Shown here piece after piece: positions 25,393-35,088 of a stretch of DNA of 64,000 nt. Every line of letters begins with the position of its first letter. The stretch's first letter is position 1. Source of the stretch: an uncultured Candidatus Saccharibacteria bacterium (lineage in GTDB: Bacteria > Patescibacteriota > Minisyncoccia > UBA6257 > 2-01-FULL-56-20); the NCBI GenBank assembly GCA_964360585.1, contig CAYHXC010000001.1:21907-85906 (forward strand). Direction: 5' to 3'. The position numbers and the translations under genes are program-made. The notes under the pieces are model-generated. The model made no database searches. It was given only the letters and a program-made list of their open reading frames with translations, and had not been told where the DNA came from.

Positions 25393-25946
25393 TCTCGCTA
25401 ATACCTCGGCGGCTTGCCGCGAGGTTACCATATAAAAACTTATGATAGAATGGCCGCATGGGCGTAACCCGGAGTCATCACTGTGTCTACGACACGCACT
25501 ATCATGTCGTCTTTCCCGTTAAGTATCGCAAAGCTTTGCTATCAGGACCTCTCACTCAAGCGATTCTGGAAATCGCCCAGGACATAGAAGAACGGTATGA
25601 AGTCACGTTTGAGAAGATTGGCACCGATGGCAACCACATTCATATCCTGTGGGCTTTCCACCCCAAGTACAGCGCCACCGACATGGTGCGTCGGTTCAAG
25701 AGCATCACCGCTCGCGAACTCTTCCGGCGATTTCCGGAATTGCGTCGTGACTTGTGGGGAGGCGAGTTCTGGACTGATGGCTACTCCATCGCTACAGTCG
25801 GTACCGGCGGCGATTGGAAAACCGTCGAACGATATGTGGCCAACCAGGGAAAGACGACAGGGCATAACCTCCAGCTCAGACTCTGGCAGTGAGCCCAGGT
25901 GGCCATTCCGCTTCATACCCCGTCGGCTTGCCGCGGGGTGGTTGAT
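25393..25946 (+). mobile_element. IS200-type insertion sequence
   Basis: Subterminal hairpins CCTCGGCGGCTTGCCGCGAGG and CCCCGTCGGCTTGCCGCGGGG; inserted after TTTAT; right end TTGAT; no target-site duplication. Confidence 0.88.
25458..25892 (+). CDS. tnpA: IS200/IS605 Y1 HUH transposase
   Basis: YHVVFPVKYRK; NHIHI; FKSITAR; FWTDGY; YVANQG. Confidence 0.96.
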   Translation: MGVTRSHHCVYDTHYHVVFPVKYRKALLSGPLTQAILEIAQDIEERYEVTFEKIGTDGNHIHILWAFHPKYSATDMVRRFKSITARELFRRFPELRRDLWGGEFWTDGYSIATVGTGGDWKTVERYVANQGKTTGHNLQLRLWQ

Positions 25947-26035
25947 TGCCTTTCAGATATTTCAAAATGTCCAGGCGCCGGCGATTGGCTAAGGCCTTCA
26001 ACACTTTTTCCAGATCTCTCATTTTTTCAGCATAC

Positions 26036-26059
26036 CATGTTCTCTAATTCGCGCGAATA
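26036..26059. promoter_or_regulatory. Palindromic site 4 (putative ArsR operator) next to an extended -10
   Basis: CATGTTCTCTAATTCGCGCGAATA; TGGTATGCT follows on the minus strand. Confidence 0.6.
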
Positions 26060-26112
26060 TGCCCTATAAGAACCTCGGTGACAAACGCGAATGTCTGATT
26101 CAGAACTTAGAT

Positions 26113-27237
26113 TTATTTTCGTTTCAGGGCTTCGATGCCGGGCAGTTTTTTGCCGCTCAAAAACTCGAGCATGGCGCCACCACCGGTTGAGATGAAGCTA
26201 AATGCTTTTTCCATTTTGTGTTTTTTGATAAACATGACCGTCTCTCCTCCGCCTATTAAGCGAAATGCCTTTTTATTCCGTCCAATTGATTTGGTGAGCG
26301 CGAGCGATCCATGAGAAAACTTTTTTTCTTCAATCAAGCCCAGCGGACCATTCCAGATAATCGTCCGAGCTTTTTTTATTTCACGCGCAAAGAGCTCTTC
26401 AGTTTTTACGCCAATGTCCAGTATCCTCCGGTTACTCATCTTGAAATCTATAGGGAGAAGTAAGTTGCGATATCCGGCAATCGTATGCACAAGCGGTCCG
26501 GGATTTTCATCAACTTTGGAACTATCAATATCCACCCCCCGCTCTTTTAAAAGAGTGTTCGCTACCGAGCCACCCAGGATAAACATATCCGCTTTCTTCC
26601 GAAAATAGCGAATAACGGGAATTTTTTCATGCGCTTTGCCGCCGCCGAAAATGACTACCAGTGGTTTTTTCGGTTTTCCCATAACGTGCGCCAGATGTTT
26701 CATCTCTGACTCCAGTTCCAACCCAGCATAACTCGGCAAGAATTTCGTTATTGCTTCGGTCGAAGTGTTGGCACGATGAGAAACCGGAAAAGCATCATTC
26801 ACATAATAATCCGCGAGTGAAGCCAAACTCTTGGCCAATTTCGTATCGTTCTTCTCCTCACCCGGCAAGAAACGGAGGTTTTCAAGAAGAAAAATACTTC
26901 CTTTTGGCGCCGCTTCAACCGTCTTCTGTATCTCCCTAAACCGGAAGTGTGGAATGAAGACAACCTTCCGCTTTAAAAACTTCCCCAAATTTTCACCATC
27001 TTTCTTTAAACTGAGTTTTGATACGTCTTTTCCTATGGGCTTGCCCGCCGTAGTTTTAACCGAGGTGGGACGACCGCGATGACTGACGATCACGATTTTT
27101 TCACACTGCTTCAGCAAAAATCGTATGGTTGGCAAGGTCGCTTCCATCCGCCACTCATCTTCGGTATTAAAATCTAAACGAAGCAGAACGGTGCCTTTGA
27201 GTTTGTTTTTTGCGGTTTTACTTAAGTAGTTGATCAT
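26113..27237 (-). CDS. pgk: Phosphoglycerate kinase
   Basis: LLRLDFN; SHRGRP; LLENLRF; YVNDAF; IWNGP; FISTGGGAMLEFL; likely start ATG 27237. Confidence 0.95.
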   Translation of the reverse strand: MINYLSKTAKNKLKGTVLLRLDFNTEDEWRMEATLPTIRFLLKQCEKIVIVSHRGRPTSVKTTAGKPIGKDVSKLSLKKDGENLGKFLKRKVVFIPHFRFREIQKTVEAAPKGSIFLLENLRFLPGEEKNDTKLAKSLASLADYYVNDAFPVSHRANTSTEAITKFLPSYAGLELESEMKHLAHVMGKPKKPLVVIFGGGKAHEKIPVIRYFRKKADMFILGGSVANTLLKERGVDIDSSKVDENPGPLVHTIAGYRNLLLPIDFKMSNRRILDIGVKTEELFAREIKKARTIIWNGPLGLIEEKKFSHGSLALTKSIGRNKKAFRLIGGGETVMFIKKHKMEKAFSFISTGGGAMLEFLSGKKLPGIEALKRK

Positions 27238-27638
27238 CGTGGACATCCCATGTATGTGTAAACCCCACCTCGAAAGTGTCCGCAGGACTGTATCAATTGA
27301 GAAATCGAACATCTACCTGAGCTATCAGAAATCGACACTCCTGACTCTAAGTGTCTCGGAAGATTATCTGGAACGCAAAAACCGTTACACTGATTATCGT
27401 CATTACACTGCTTTCCAGCATCACTCAGGGGAAAATAACATTGCGGGTTTGAGATTCTCCATCCTACTGCTTCAATCCCCCAAACACCTCCCCAAACACG
27501 ACACCATATTTCACTCACACGTTGAGGCTGAGTGGTGCTATGTACGACGATAGAAAAACCGGAAGGATTAAAAAGATAAAGAAAAACGAGTATAAGGATA
27601 CTTCCCAAAACCACTCCTCCAGCCACTCGCTTTATCAT
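27234..27638 (-). CDS. Small membrane-anchored Cys-rich protein
   Basis: TM helix; DAGKQCNDDNQCNGFC. Confidence 0.55.
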   Translation of the reverse strand: MIKRVAGGVVLGSILILVFLYLFNPSGFSIVVHSTTQPQRVSEIWCRVWGGVWGIEAVGWRISNPQCYFPLSDAGKQCNDDNQCNGFCVPDNLPRHLESGVSISDSSGRCSISQLIQSCGHFRGGVYTYMGCPR

Positions 27639-27694
27639 TGTATTTCATTATACTCGAGTATTTCTATATAATGAAAAGACCTGGGCTAGCTTAT

Positions 27695-27826
27695 GCCAGG
27701 TGGTAGAAATTCGATAGGCACGCTTTCTACTCTTTGTTTTAGAAAATCTAGACGAACTTCTTACATGCTCAGTGATTTCCATCTTAATTCACTTCCTAAA
27801 TAATAATCGAATTTTCACTACCTGGT
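27695..27826. mobile_element. Family A hairpin element abutting the ndh start codon
   Basis: GCCAGGTGGTAGAAATTCGAT ... ATCGAATTTTCACTACCTGGT-ATG. Confidence 0.7.
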
Positions 27827-29104
27827 ATGGATAAAAAGAAAATACTGATTCTCGGCGCGGGCTTCGGCGGTCTCAAAACCGCTTTCCGACTGGCCGATGG
27901 ACTGAAACACAACAATCTCCTCGAAAAATATGAGGTTATTCTTATCGATCGGTATGAGCACCACACCTTTACTCCTCTCCTCTACGAGACCGCGACAACC
28001 TCTAAAGAAACGATTGACCTTGTCCGCCTCCATAGTCTCGTCACGCATAATGTGCGGAACCTGATCAATGGCTATCCGATTACATGTATCGAGGATATGA
28101 TTCGTGAGATTCGTCCGGGATCGGGCGAAGTCGTATTAGAAAAATCAGGCGCCGTCAAAGCAGAATATATCGTTCTCGCGCTCGGTTCGGAAGCCAACTA
28201 TTTTGACATGCCCGGCCTTAAGGAACACTCACTCACCCTCAAAACATTTACTGACGCTATTCGCATTCGGGATACAGTTCTTGATCTTACTGAAAATAAA
28301 GAATCGGGTATTCGCATTGTCGTCGGCGGCGCTGGACCAACGGGCGTCGAACTCGCCGCAGAACTCTCAAACTGGCGGCGTCGCGAGTCGGAAAAGTTAA
28401 GCTCGAAACTGAAAGTCACACTCGTTGAAGCCCAGCCCACCGTCCTTTTTGGCTTTCTGCCCTCCATCATTGCGGCAGCCGAGAAACGCCTTGCCGCTCT
28501 CGGTGTCGAAATGAAAACAAACACAAAGATTTCCGAACTGACAAAAGATACGGTCAAGTTCGAAAATGGCGAAGAGATGCCGGTTGATCTTTTTATCTGG
28601 ACTGGTGGGATTAAAACCCCGGAACTCCTCCAGCATTTGCCGCTCAAAAAAGAGGAGCGCGGCAAGATTGAAACCACTTCTTCGATGGACTGCTTACCCG
28701 AAACATCGGACTTATCGTTTGGCGCAAAAGTATACGGCCTTGGCGACAGTGTCTGTTTTCATGATCCGATTACGAAAAAACCAGTGCCGGCTGTTGCCCC
28801 GGCGGCGCTCGCCCAAGCTTCGGTTGTGGCCTACAACATCTTGGAAGATATCCGCGGCAAGGAGGGAATGGGTCCGATCGGCCACCGAATATACATACCA
28901 GTGAACTATCCTTACGTCATTCCCGTTGGTGGCAAATTTGCGATCGCAAGAATCGGTCCGCTTGTTCTCGGAGGATTCTTAGGTTGGCTCGTAAAAGGTG
29001 TGGTCGAACTCCACTACCTTTTCTCGATCATGCCTACATGGCAAGCGCTCCGCGTTTGGGCCCGAGGCCTGCGTGTCTTCTCAACCAACGACCAGCTGGG
29101 GTAA
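27827..29104 (+). CDS. ndh: Type II NADH dehydrogenase-like FAD oxidoreductase
   Basis: ILGAGFGG; FTPLLYE; GAGPTGVELAAEL; IWTGG; GD. Confidence 0.88.
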   Translation: MDKKKILILGAGFGGLKTAFRLADGLKHNNLLEKYEVILIDRYEHHTFTPLLYETATTSKETIDLVRLHSLVTHNVRNLINGYPITCIEDMIREIRPGSGEVVLEKSGAVKAEYIVLALGSEANYFDMPGLKEHSLTLKTFTDAIRIRDTVLDLTENKESGIRIVVGGAGPTGVELAAELSNWRRRESEKLSSKLKVTLVEAQPTVLFGFLPSIIAAAEKRLAALGVEMKTNTKISELTKDTVKFENGEEMPVDLFIWTGGIKTPELLQHLPLKKEERGKIETTSSMDCLPETSDLSFGAKVYGLGDSVCFHDPITKKPVPAVAPAALAQASVVAYNILEDIRGKEGMGPIGHRIYIPVNYPYVIPVGGKFAIARIGPLVLGGFLGWLVKGVVELHYLFSIMPTWQALRVWARGLRVFSTNDQLG

Positions 29105-29212
29105 TAAATTTAAAATTCAAAAATCAAAATTAAAAATGACAGTGCGAAACTCAAAATGAGCATCAACGAGAATTAAAAAAAGTCTCGAGCGAATTTCGCC
29201 GAGACTGTTTCC

Positions 29213-29617
29213 TTATGCTGCTTTTGCCTTCTTTCCGACAAGCGGTAAAGGCTTCCCAGAATACGACTTCCTGTCGATCTGTACAGAGGGAATGATCGCC
29301 GACAACTCTCCCCCGATAACCAAAGCCTTAATCGAGGCGGGAGCCATCGGACCCCATCGTGGATCTCTGACTCGCTCGAGCCTGCATTCAACATGATCGG
29401 GGTCCAACATCATGGCGAAGTACAGGCCATCACTTCCTTCTGCCTCCGCGCCATATACTGGCGTAACGACCATGCTCCCACTTTGATGACTGAAGTGTCG
29501 GAAGCCTGTCACGCGGCGAGCTCCAAACACACTCACACTTTCGTGTCTGGGATCAACTCGCATGATGATGTCTCGCCCTATGCTCAAGGGAACCCTTAAG
29601 ACTACCTCGTCTGCCAT
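29213..29617 (-). CDS. Hypothetical protein
   Basis: AGGAGG RBS before ATG 29617. Confidence 0.5.
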   Translation of the reverse strand: MADEVVLRVPLSIGRDIIMRVDPRHESVSVFGARRVTGFRHFSHQSGSMVVTPVYGAEAEGSDGLYFAMMLDPDHVECRLERVRDPRWGPMAPASIKALVIGGELSAIIPSVQIDRKSYSGKPLPLVGKKAKAA

Positions 29618-29679
29618 ATGCCCTCCTAACGATTTTGTGGCTTCCCCAAGAATAACGAGGAAAATAAAAGACTGCAAAT

Positions 29680-32052
29680 TTATGTTCGCAAGCGCTGGTG
29701 GATGTCGGCCTCAACAACTTCGCGGTTTTGGCCGTACTTGGTGCGCGAGTACTCTTTCATTTTTTCTCCAAGCGCTTGATCGCCGCCCGTCCATGATGCG
29801 GTGGAAATGCGCATATTAAACGGTTTGGCTGTCTGGCCATTCACCAGCAATTTTACATAGGCATTCAGATTATCAATATTGATCAAATCTTTTTCGCTAA
29901 AGATGGGCGCGAACTGCTTTACGAGAAACTCGGCATCCTGGACACCAACGCGCATGACCACCTGCGAACCAACGTTACCAAAAATCGAATCCCTAATCTT
30001 TTCTTCAAGCTGAGCAATAAACTGATGCGCCACCACAAGATTCAAGCGGTACTTTCTGGCTTCCGAAAATATGGTAGAAATTGAATCGGTCGTGAAGTTT
30101 TGGAATTCATCGATATAGAGATAAAAATCGCGACGTTTGTTTACGTCCGAGATGTCTCCTCGGGAAAGCGCGGCCATGAGAAGTTTTCCAGTAAAGAGCA
30201 TTCCGAGGAGTCCGGCATTGATATCGCCAATCCTGCCCTTAGAAAGGTTGATGATTAATATTTTTCCGGAATCCATAACTTCGCGGAAGTTAAAGGCGGA
30301 CTTCGGCTGACCAATAATCGGCCGCATGTAGTCGTTGGCGATGAAGTTGTTGAACTTCGATGTAATGTACGGCGTCATATTGGCGAGCGATGCCTCCCCG
30401 CCAGCTTTAGCCGCTTCCTTCTCCCAGAAATCGATCACCACCGGATTCTTGATTCGCTGGAGTTTGCGTTTGCGAAATTCCGTGTCGGTAAAGATGCGCG
30501 GCACTTCGATTAACGTCGCCGGTTCGTTCGGCATATCTTCCATTAAAAGTAATAAAGCGTTTCGCATGTACTGCTCGAACATCGGCCCCATGGTCTCGGC
30601 CACGAAGAGCTTGTTAAAAATGCTTTGCATCTCGTTGACGATAAATGTTTTTTCTTCCGGCCGATCGAAGTTGTAGTCAATCATGTTCAAACCCATCGGG
30701 CGCATAATGTCTCCCGGGTTGAAATAGATAAGATCATCCAGTCGCTCTTTTGGAATGTGATTCAGAACGCTTTCCGCCACATCGCCATGAGGATCAACGA
30801 TGGCCACCCCTCGGCCATTTTTGATATCTTCAATCAACATACTCGAAAGGAGTGTGGTTTTACCGGTACCCGTCTGGCCAACGACATACATGTGTCGCCG
30901 GCGGTCCTCTTCGTCAATAAAAACTGGCTGTTCTCCCCCGCGGAAAAGGGCGGTGCCAATTCGTAAGCCGGCTTTGGGCAGATCGACTGGCGGCGGCGCT
31001 TCTTTTGACTTCAACCACTTCACGCGCGGCGTTTCCGTGGTCGAGGTTGGAAGATGGTAGACACTCGCCAACTCTTCAGCATTCAGAATCATGGCCTTCG
31101 AGGCATCAAATTTCCGGAAAATATAGAGATGGAGAAGATTTTGCACGTTGCGCGGCTTTACGATCCGGAACTCATTTCGTTGTGGGCTGGTAAACTGGCC
31201 GAACGGCGTCGCAATACCATCAATAATCTCATCGGCCACGCGCGGATTTGGTCCGGAAGCAACGATTCGAATATTGACTGCGAAAAGCGGCTTAGATGCT
31301 TTTCGTTCTAAAAGTTTCATCCCTTCGTTATCAACTACTCGCTCCGCCTTGCGCTTTTCTTCTCCTTTAATATCCAAGGCATGTTTTACCTCTTTCACAT
31401 TCCAGGGCATCTTGTGCATAAACACCTGCTCCAAAGACTCACCGCGCCGCATATCGGCCATAGACGATTCCATCTTCTTTCGGTAATCGCGCGAAGCCGG
31501 CGTGGCCACAATCTGCAAAGCTGCTCCTTCGCCAAGCTCACTGATCTTCGCAAAACCGTTCAAGATACCGTTAAACGCGTCAGCGCCAATTTCTTCGTAG
31601 GTTCGGATTGGTAGAGCAAAGTTTTCTTTTTGTTCAAAAAAAGCGGCAGTCGTTGTTCCCTGGGCGTTAAAAACAGTGTAGTCGTCCGGCAGTGGCACCA
31701 CACTCGCGTCCGGCCAAATGCCCTGCACCTGTTTTACCGCCGCGTTACTCAACTCGCGCGGCACCGCCATGTGGAAATGAATCTCCTCGCCGATATGCGG
31801 CACCGCTACTTCAAACACGAACGGCGCGTGGAACGAGGCAAGCGAAGCAAAAAGTTGCTCGCTCTGATTAATCTCCTTCTTAAACTCATCCCCAGAACCA
31901 TTTTCTTTTTTGTGAACCTGGGGAATGCGGATCAAAAATACCTCGAGCGATAAAGCAGAAAGCAACGCCTGTTTTTTTACATGCCAAAAAATAAAGTAAG
32001 CTCCGCCGGTTATTAAAATGCCGATACAAACAATAAGGATGAGCTCGATCAT
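29680..32052 (-). CDS. VirD4/TraD-HerA-like P-loop ATPase with N-terminal TM helix
   Basis: RRHMYVVGQTGTGKT; VDPHGD; YIDEFQNF; SEARKY; AHQ. Confidence 0.85.
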   Translation of the reverse strand: MIELILIVCIGILITGGAYFIFWHVKKQALLSALSLEVFLIRIPQVHKKENGSGDEFKKEINQSEQLFASLASFHAPFVFEVAVPHIGEEIHFHMAVPRELSNAAVKQVQGIWPDASVVPLPDDYTVFNAQGTTTAAFFEQKENFALPIRTYEEIGADAFNGILNGFAKISELGEGAALQIVATPASRDYRKKMESSMADMRRGESLEQVFMHKMPWNVKEVKHALDIKGEEKRKAERVVDNEGMKLLERKASKPLFAVNIRIVASGPNPRVADEIIDGIATPFGQFTSPQRNEFRIVKPRNVQNLLHLYIFRKFDASKAMILNAEELASVYHLPTSTTETPRVKWLKSKEAPPPVDLPKAGLRIGTALFRGGEQPVFIDEEDRRRHMYVVGQTGTGKTTLLSSMLIEDIKNGRGVAIVDPHGDVAESVLNHIPKERLDDLIYFNPGDIMRPMGLNMIDYNFDRPEEKTFIVNEMQSIFNKLFVAETMGPMFEQYMRNALLLLMEDMPNEPATLIEVPRIFTDTEFRKRKLQRIKNPVVIDFWEKEAAKAGGEASLANMTPYITSKFNNFIANDYMRPIIGQPKSAFNFREVMDSGKILIINLSKGRIGDINAGLLGMLFTGKLLMAALSRGDISDVNKRRDFYLYIDEFQNFTTDSISTIFSEARKYRLNLVVAHQFIAQLEEKIRDSIFGNVGSQVVMRVGVQDAEFLVKQFAPIFSEKDLINIDNLNAYVKLLVNGQTAKPFNMRISTASWTGGDQALGEKMKEYSRTKYGQNREVVEADIHQRLRT

Positions 32053-32058
32053 TACAGG

Positions 32059-32457
32059 TTAAGAGACAAGGCCCTTTTCTTTCATGGTGGGGTAGAGTTT
32101 TTTAACCAAAGCATCGTGAAAAGCGTCGAGAACAAACGGTGTCGTCTTTCGCGCCTCCCGATCAGCCGAGAGAATCCCTTTGTGGAAAGCAATATCCAAG
32201 AGATACTCGACTTCGAGCTTCATTTCGGGTGGCGCGTTTTCCACATACTGCGGTAACGGGTTCTGAAGGTTGGTTGGCGGGTCAATCGGACCGTTCCCGG
32301 CCGTCGCAAATGACTGGATCGAGCGCTTTAAAAGGGCTTCGCCGCCTAAATGTCTTGTCTCCAGTGCCTCTCGATGTTTCCCCACCTCCTCGGCCAGCCG
32401 CTTCATGTCGTTCTCGAGAGCCTGGTGTTCAAATTCTGGTAGCAATTGTTCAGTCAT
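32059..32457 (-). CDS. Conserved hypothetical protein
   Basis: AFHKGI...PFVLDAFHDAL; co-oriented with the ATPase. Confidence 0.6.
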   Translation of the reverse strand: MTEQLLPEFEHQALENDMKRLAEEVGKHREALETRHLGGEALLKRSIQSFATAGNGPIDPPTNLQNPLPQYVENAPPEMKLEVEYLLDIAFHKGILSADREARKTTPFVLDAFHDALVKKLYPTMKEKGLVS

Positions 32458-32650
32458 AAAGGGTAGGGGGTAGGGTTGAGGGTATAGGGGTTAGGGTCGG
32501 GATAGGAAGGAATCTAGAATTTAGGAGTTAGAATCTAGTTATGAAGTAGTAGTGGCAGGATTAGTCCAGAAGCCGCCCCTCTAACTCCTAGATTCTAAAT
32601 TCTAATTCCCTCGAGTGCTGGTCCTCTCTCCTATCCCCTAGTCACTCATC
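32458..32650. repeat. Heptamer-periodic repeat tracts
   Basis: TAGGGG-like units; TAGAATT/TAGGAGT units with their inverted partners. Confidence 0.6.
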
Positions 32651-32676
32651 ACTAGTTCCTGTTACTATAGTATACA

Positions 32677-34302
32677 ATGGCTCGATACATATTTGTAACC
32701 GGCGGAGTGATGTCAGGAATTGGAAAGGGAGTATCGACCGCTTCAATCGCCCGCATCCTTCAAGAAAAAGGCTTCCGCGTGACTGCCGTAAAAATTGATC
32801 CGTATGTGAATGTCGACGCCGGAACTATGAACCCTCTCGAACACGGAGAGGTTTTTGTGACCGAAGACGGCTTGGAGTGCGACCAGGATATTGGAAACTA
32901 CGAACGTTTCCTCGGCACAAACATCTATCGCGACAACTATATGACAACCGGCCTCGTCTATCAGACCGTAATCAGCCGCGAACGCAGCCTGGGCTATGAT
33001 GGCCGTTGTGTTCAAGTTGTCCCGGCCATTCCCGACGAAGTTATCCGCCGCCTGAAAATCGTCGGCCAGAAAACGAAGGCTGATTTTATTTTAATTGAGA
33101 TCGGTGGCACCGTTGGCGAGTACGAAAATCTTCTCTTCCTTGAAGCGGCGCGCATGCTGAAACTGCAAAGTCCCGAGTCAGTCATGTTTGTGCTCGTGAG
33201 CTACCTGCCGATTCCCTCGAAGATTGGGGAGATGAAAACCAAGCCGACCCAGCACGCCGTCCGCAACTTAAATGGCGCCGGTATCCAGCCGGATATCATT
33301 CTCGCCCGCTCGCCAGAACCACTCGATGGCCCACGGAAACAAAAAATCGCTATTTTCTGTAACGTCACACCGGAAGACATCATCTCCGCGCCGGACGTTG
33401 ATTACATCTACGAAATTCCGATCAACTTTGAAAAAGAAGGGATTAGTAATCGTATTTTGAAAAAGTTTGGTTTGAAGCCAAAAAAGAGTGATGGACGTGA
33501 GTGGCGCTCACTGGTTCGCTCAATTCACACCGCTAAAAAACCAGTCAGGATTGCGATCGCCGGAAAATATTTCACGACCGGTAACTTCACCCTCGGCGAT
33601 TCATATCTTTCCGTAATTGAAGCGATCAAACACGCCTCGTGGAAGTTGGGGCGGAAACCGGTGATCGACTGGATCGATACTAGCGCTTATGAGAAATCAA
33701 AAACGAACCTGAAAAGCCTTTCGAAATACGACGGCTTGATCGTGCCGGGCGGTTTCGGCTCACGCGGCATTGAAGGGAAGATTTTGGCCATCCAGTATGC
33801 TCGCGAGAAAAAAATCCCCTTCTTGGGATTGTGCTATGGCCTTCAGCTGGCAGTAATCGAGTATGCCCGCAACATGGCTGGATTAAAGCAGGCGCATACA
33901 ACCGAGGTAAATCCTAAAACCCCTGACCCCGTCATCCATATTCTCCCCGAGCAGTTGGAGAATCTCCACAAAGGGAATCTCGGCGGTTCAATGCGTCTCG
34001 GCGCTTATCCTTGCGAACTGAAACCAGGAACTAAAGCGGCAAAGGCCTATAGCCAAAAGATGATTACCGAACGCCATCGCCATCGCTACGAGGTAAACAA
34101 CCAGTATCGAGACCTCTTAGAGAAGAAAGGTTTAACCGTTTCCGGCGTAAACCCAGAAAAAAATCTGGTCGAGGTCATCGAACTCAAGAACCATCCGTTC
34201 TTTGTGGCCAGCCAGTTCCATCCGGAGCTGAAGTCACGACCACTTTCGCCCCATCCCCTGTTTTTGGAGTTCGTGAAAGCCGCCAGCAAGAACAGGGGCT
34301 AG
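32677..34302 (+). CDS. pyrG: CTP synthase
   Basis: FVTGGVMSGIGKG; KIDPYVNVDAGTMNP; GLCYGLQ; QFHPE. Confidence 0.98.
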   Translation: MARYIFVTGGVMSGIGKGVSTASIARILQEKGFRVTAVKIDPYVNVDAGTMNPLEHGEVFVTEDGLECDQDIGNYERFLGTNIYRDNYMTTGLVYQTVISRERSLGYDGRCVQVVPAIPDEVIRRLKIVGQKTKADFILIEIGGTVGEYENLLFLEAARMLKLQSPESVMFVLVSYLPIPSKIGEMKTKPTQHAVRNLNGAGIQPDIILARSPEPLDGPRKQKIAIFCNVTPEDIISAPDVDYIYEIPINFEKEGISNRILKKFGLKPKKSDGREWRSLVRSIHTAKKPVRIAIAGKYFTTGNFTLGDSYLSVIEAIKHASWKLGRKPVIDWIDTSAYEKSKTNLKSLSKYDGLIVPGGFGSRGIEGKILAIQYAREKKIPFLGLCYGLQLAVIEYARNMAGLKQAHTTEVNPKTPDPVIHILPEQLENLHKGNLGGSMRLGAYPCELKPGTKAAKAYSQKMITERHRHRYEVNNQYRDLLEKKGLTVSGVNPEKNLVEVIELKNHPFFVASQFHPELKSRPLSPHPLFLEFVKAASKNRG

Positions 34303-34351
34303 TGATTAGTGGATAGTGATTGGTGATTACACTACCGAACTCAGCGAATAA

Positions 34352-34585
34352 ATGATCAAAAACATAAGAAAGTTATCCGGGATTCAATTTGGAATATTGG
34401 CCGTTCTCCTAATTGTTTTTTCTGCCTATGTCGGCGCGACACAGGTTTATGTTGCATGGAGATGTGGCTATCAACCATTTCTAGAAGGAGAGGCTCCAAA
34501 TCCATTCATAATATATAGATTTCTGATTAAAAACAACGCAAGCATTCATCCGTTATGCGAATCCTTGTTGTTTAATAAGAATTAA
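34352..34585 (+). CDS. Small membrane protein
   Basis: Hydrophobic N-terminal helix. Confidence 0.4.
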   Translation: MIKNIRKLSGIQFGILAVLLIVFSAYVGATQVYVAWRCGYQPFLEGEAPNPFIIYRFLIKNNASIHPLCESLLFNKN

Positions 34586-34590
34586 ATTAC

Positions 34591-34663
34591 TGTCATTGCG
34601 AGCAAAACGAAGCAATCTCTTATCTAAAAAGATTGCCACGTCACTCTGTTCCTCGCAATGACA
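34591..34663. repeat. TGTCATTGCGAG-type REP doublet
   Basis: TGTCATTGCGAG..GAAGCAATCT ... AGATTGCCACG..CTCGCAATGACA. Confidence 0.7.
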
Positions 34664-34693
34664 ATCACCCTTGCGCTACTAAAACTCCCGAGG

Positions 34694-35011
34694 TTAACTC
34701 GGGAGTTTTGTGATTTCTACTTCAGTGAATGGCTGGCGGTGGCCTTTGCGGCGACGCAAGCGAGTTTTGGAATGGTACTTGAAGATTAACTTCTTTTCGC
34801 CTCGTCCTTGCATGAGAACCTTGGCGGCAACTTTCTCCGAGGCTACATAAGGCTGACCAACTTTAACAGTGTCACCATTAACGTTCAGAAGCACACGATC
34901 AAAAGAAATATCGCTTCCGGAAGCGGCTTCTAATTTTTCGATTTTCAGTTTGTCGCCAGCGGAAACCTTGTACTGCTTCCCGCCGGTTTCGATGATTGCG
35001 AAATTTGGCAT
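34694..35011 (-). CDS. rplU: 50S ribosomal protein L21
   Basis: AIIETGGKQYKV; KGHRQPFT. Confidence 0.97.
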   Translation of the reverse strand: MPNFAIIETGGKQYKVSAGDKLKIEKLEAASGSDISFDRVLLNVNGDTVKVGQPYVASEKVAAKVLMQGRGEKKLIFKYHSKTRLRRRKGHRQPFTEVEITKLPS

Positions 35012-35088
35012 AGGGGTTAGGGGTTAGGGGTTAGGGGTTAGGGTTGAATTTTCACTATACCCTTGACCCTACACCCTAATCCCTGTAG
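35012..35088. repeat. (TAGGGGT)n heptamer hairpin filling a stop-to-start gap
   Basis: AGGGGTTAGGGGTTAGGGGTTAGGGGTTAGGG, then CCCT-rich complementary units. Confidence 0.7.

Larger units (their letters stand above)
25208..26022 (-). pseudogene. ArsR/SmtB regulator interrupted by IS200
   Basis: MRDLEKVLKALANRRRLDILKYLKG (26022-25948) rejoins NKQGTVGEIA in frame when 25393-25946 is removed. Confidence 0.88.

Noticed and set aside
25393-25459. N-terminus of ORF 25208..25459
   Set aside because: It is IS200 left-end sequence; the true arsR N-terminus is at 25947-26022
29680-32052. Conjugative element around the VirD4-like ATPase
   Set aside because: No relaxase, VirB genes or att sites nearby
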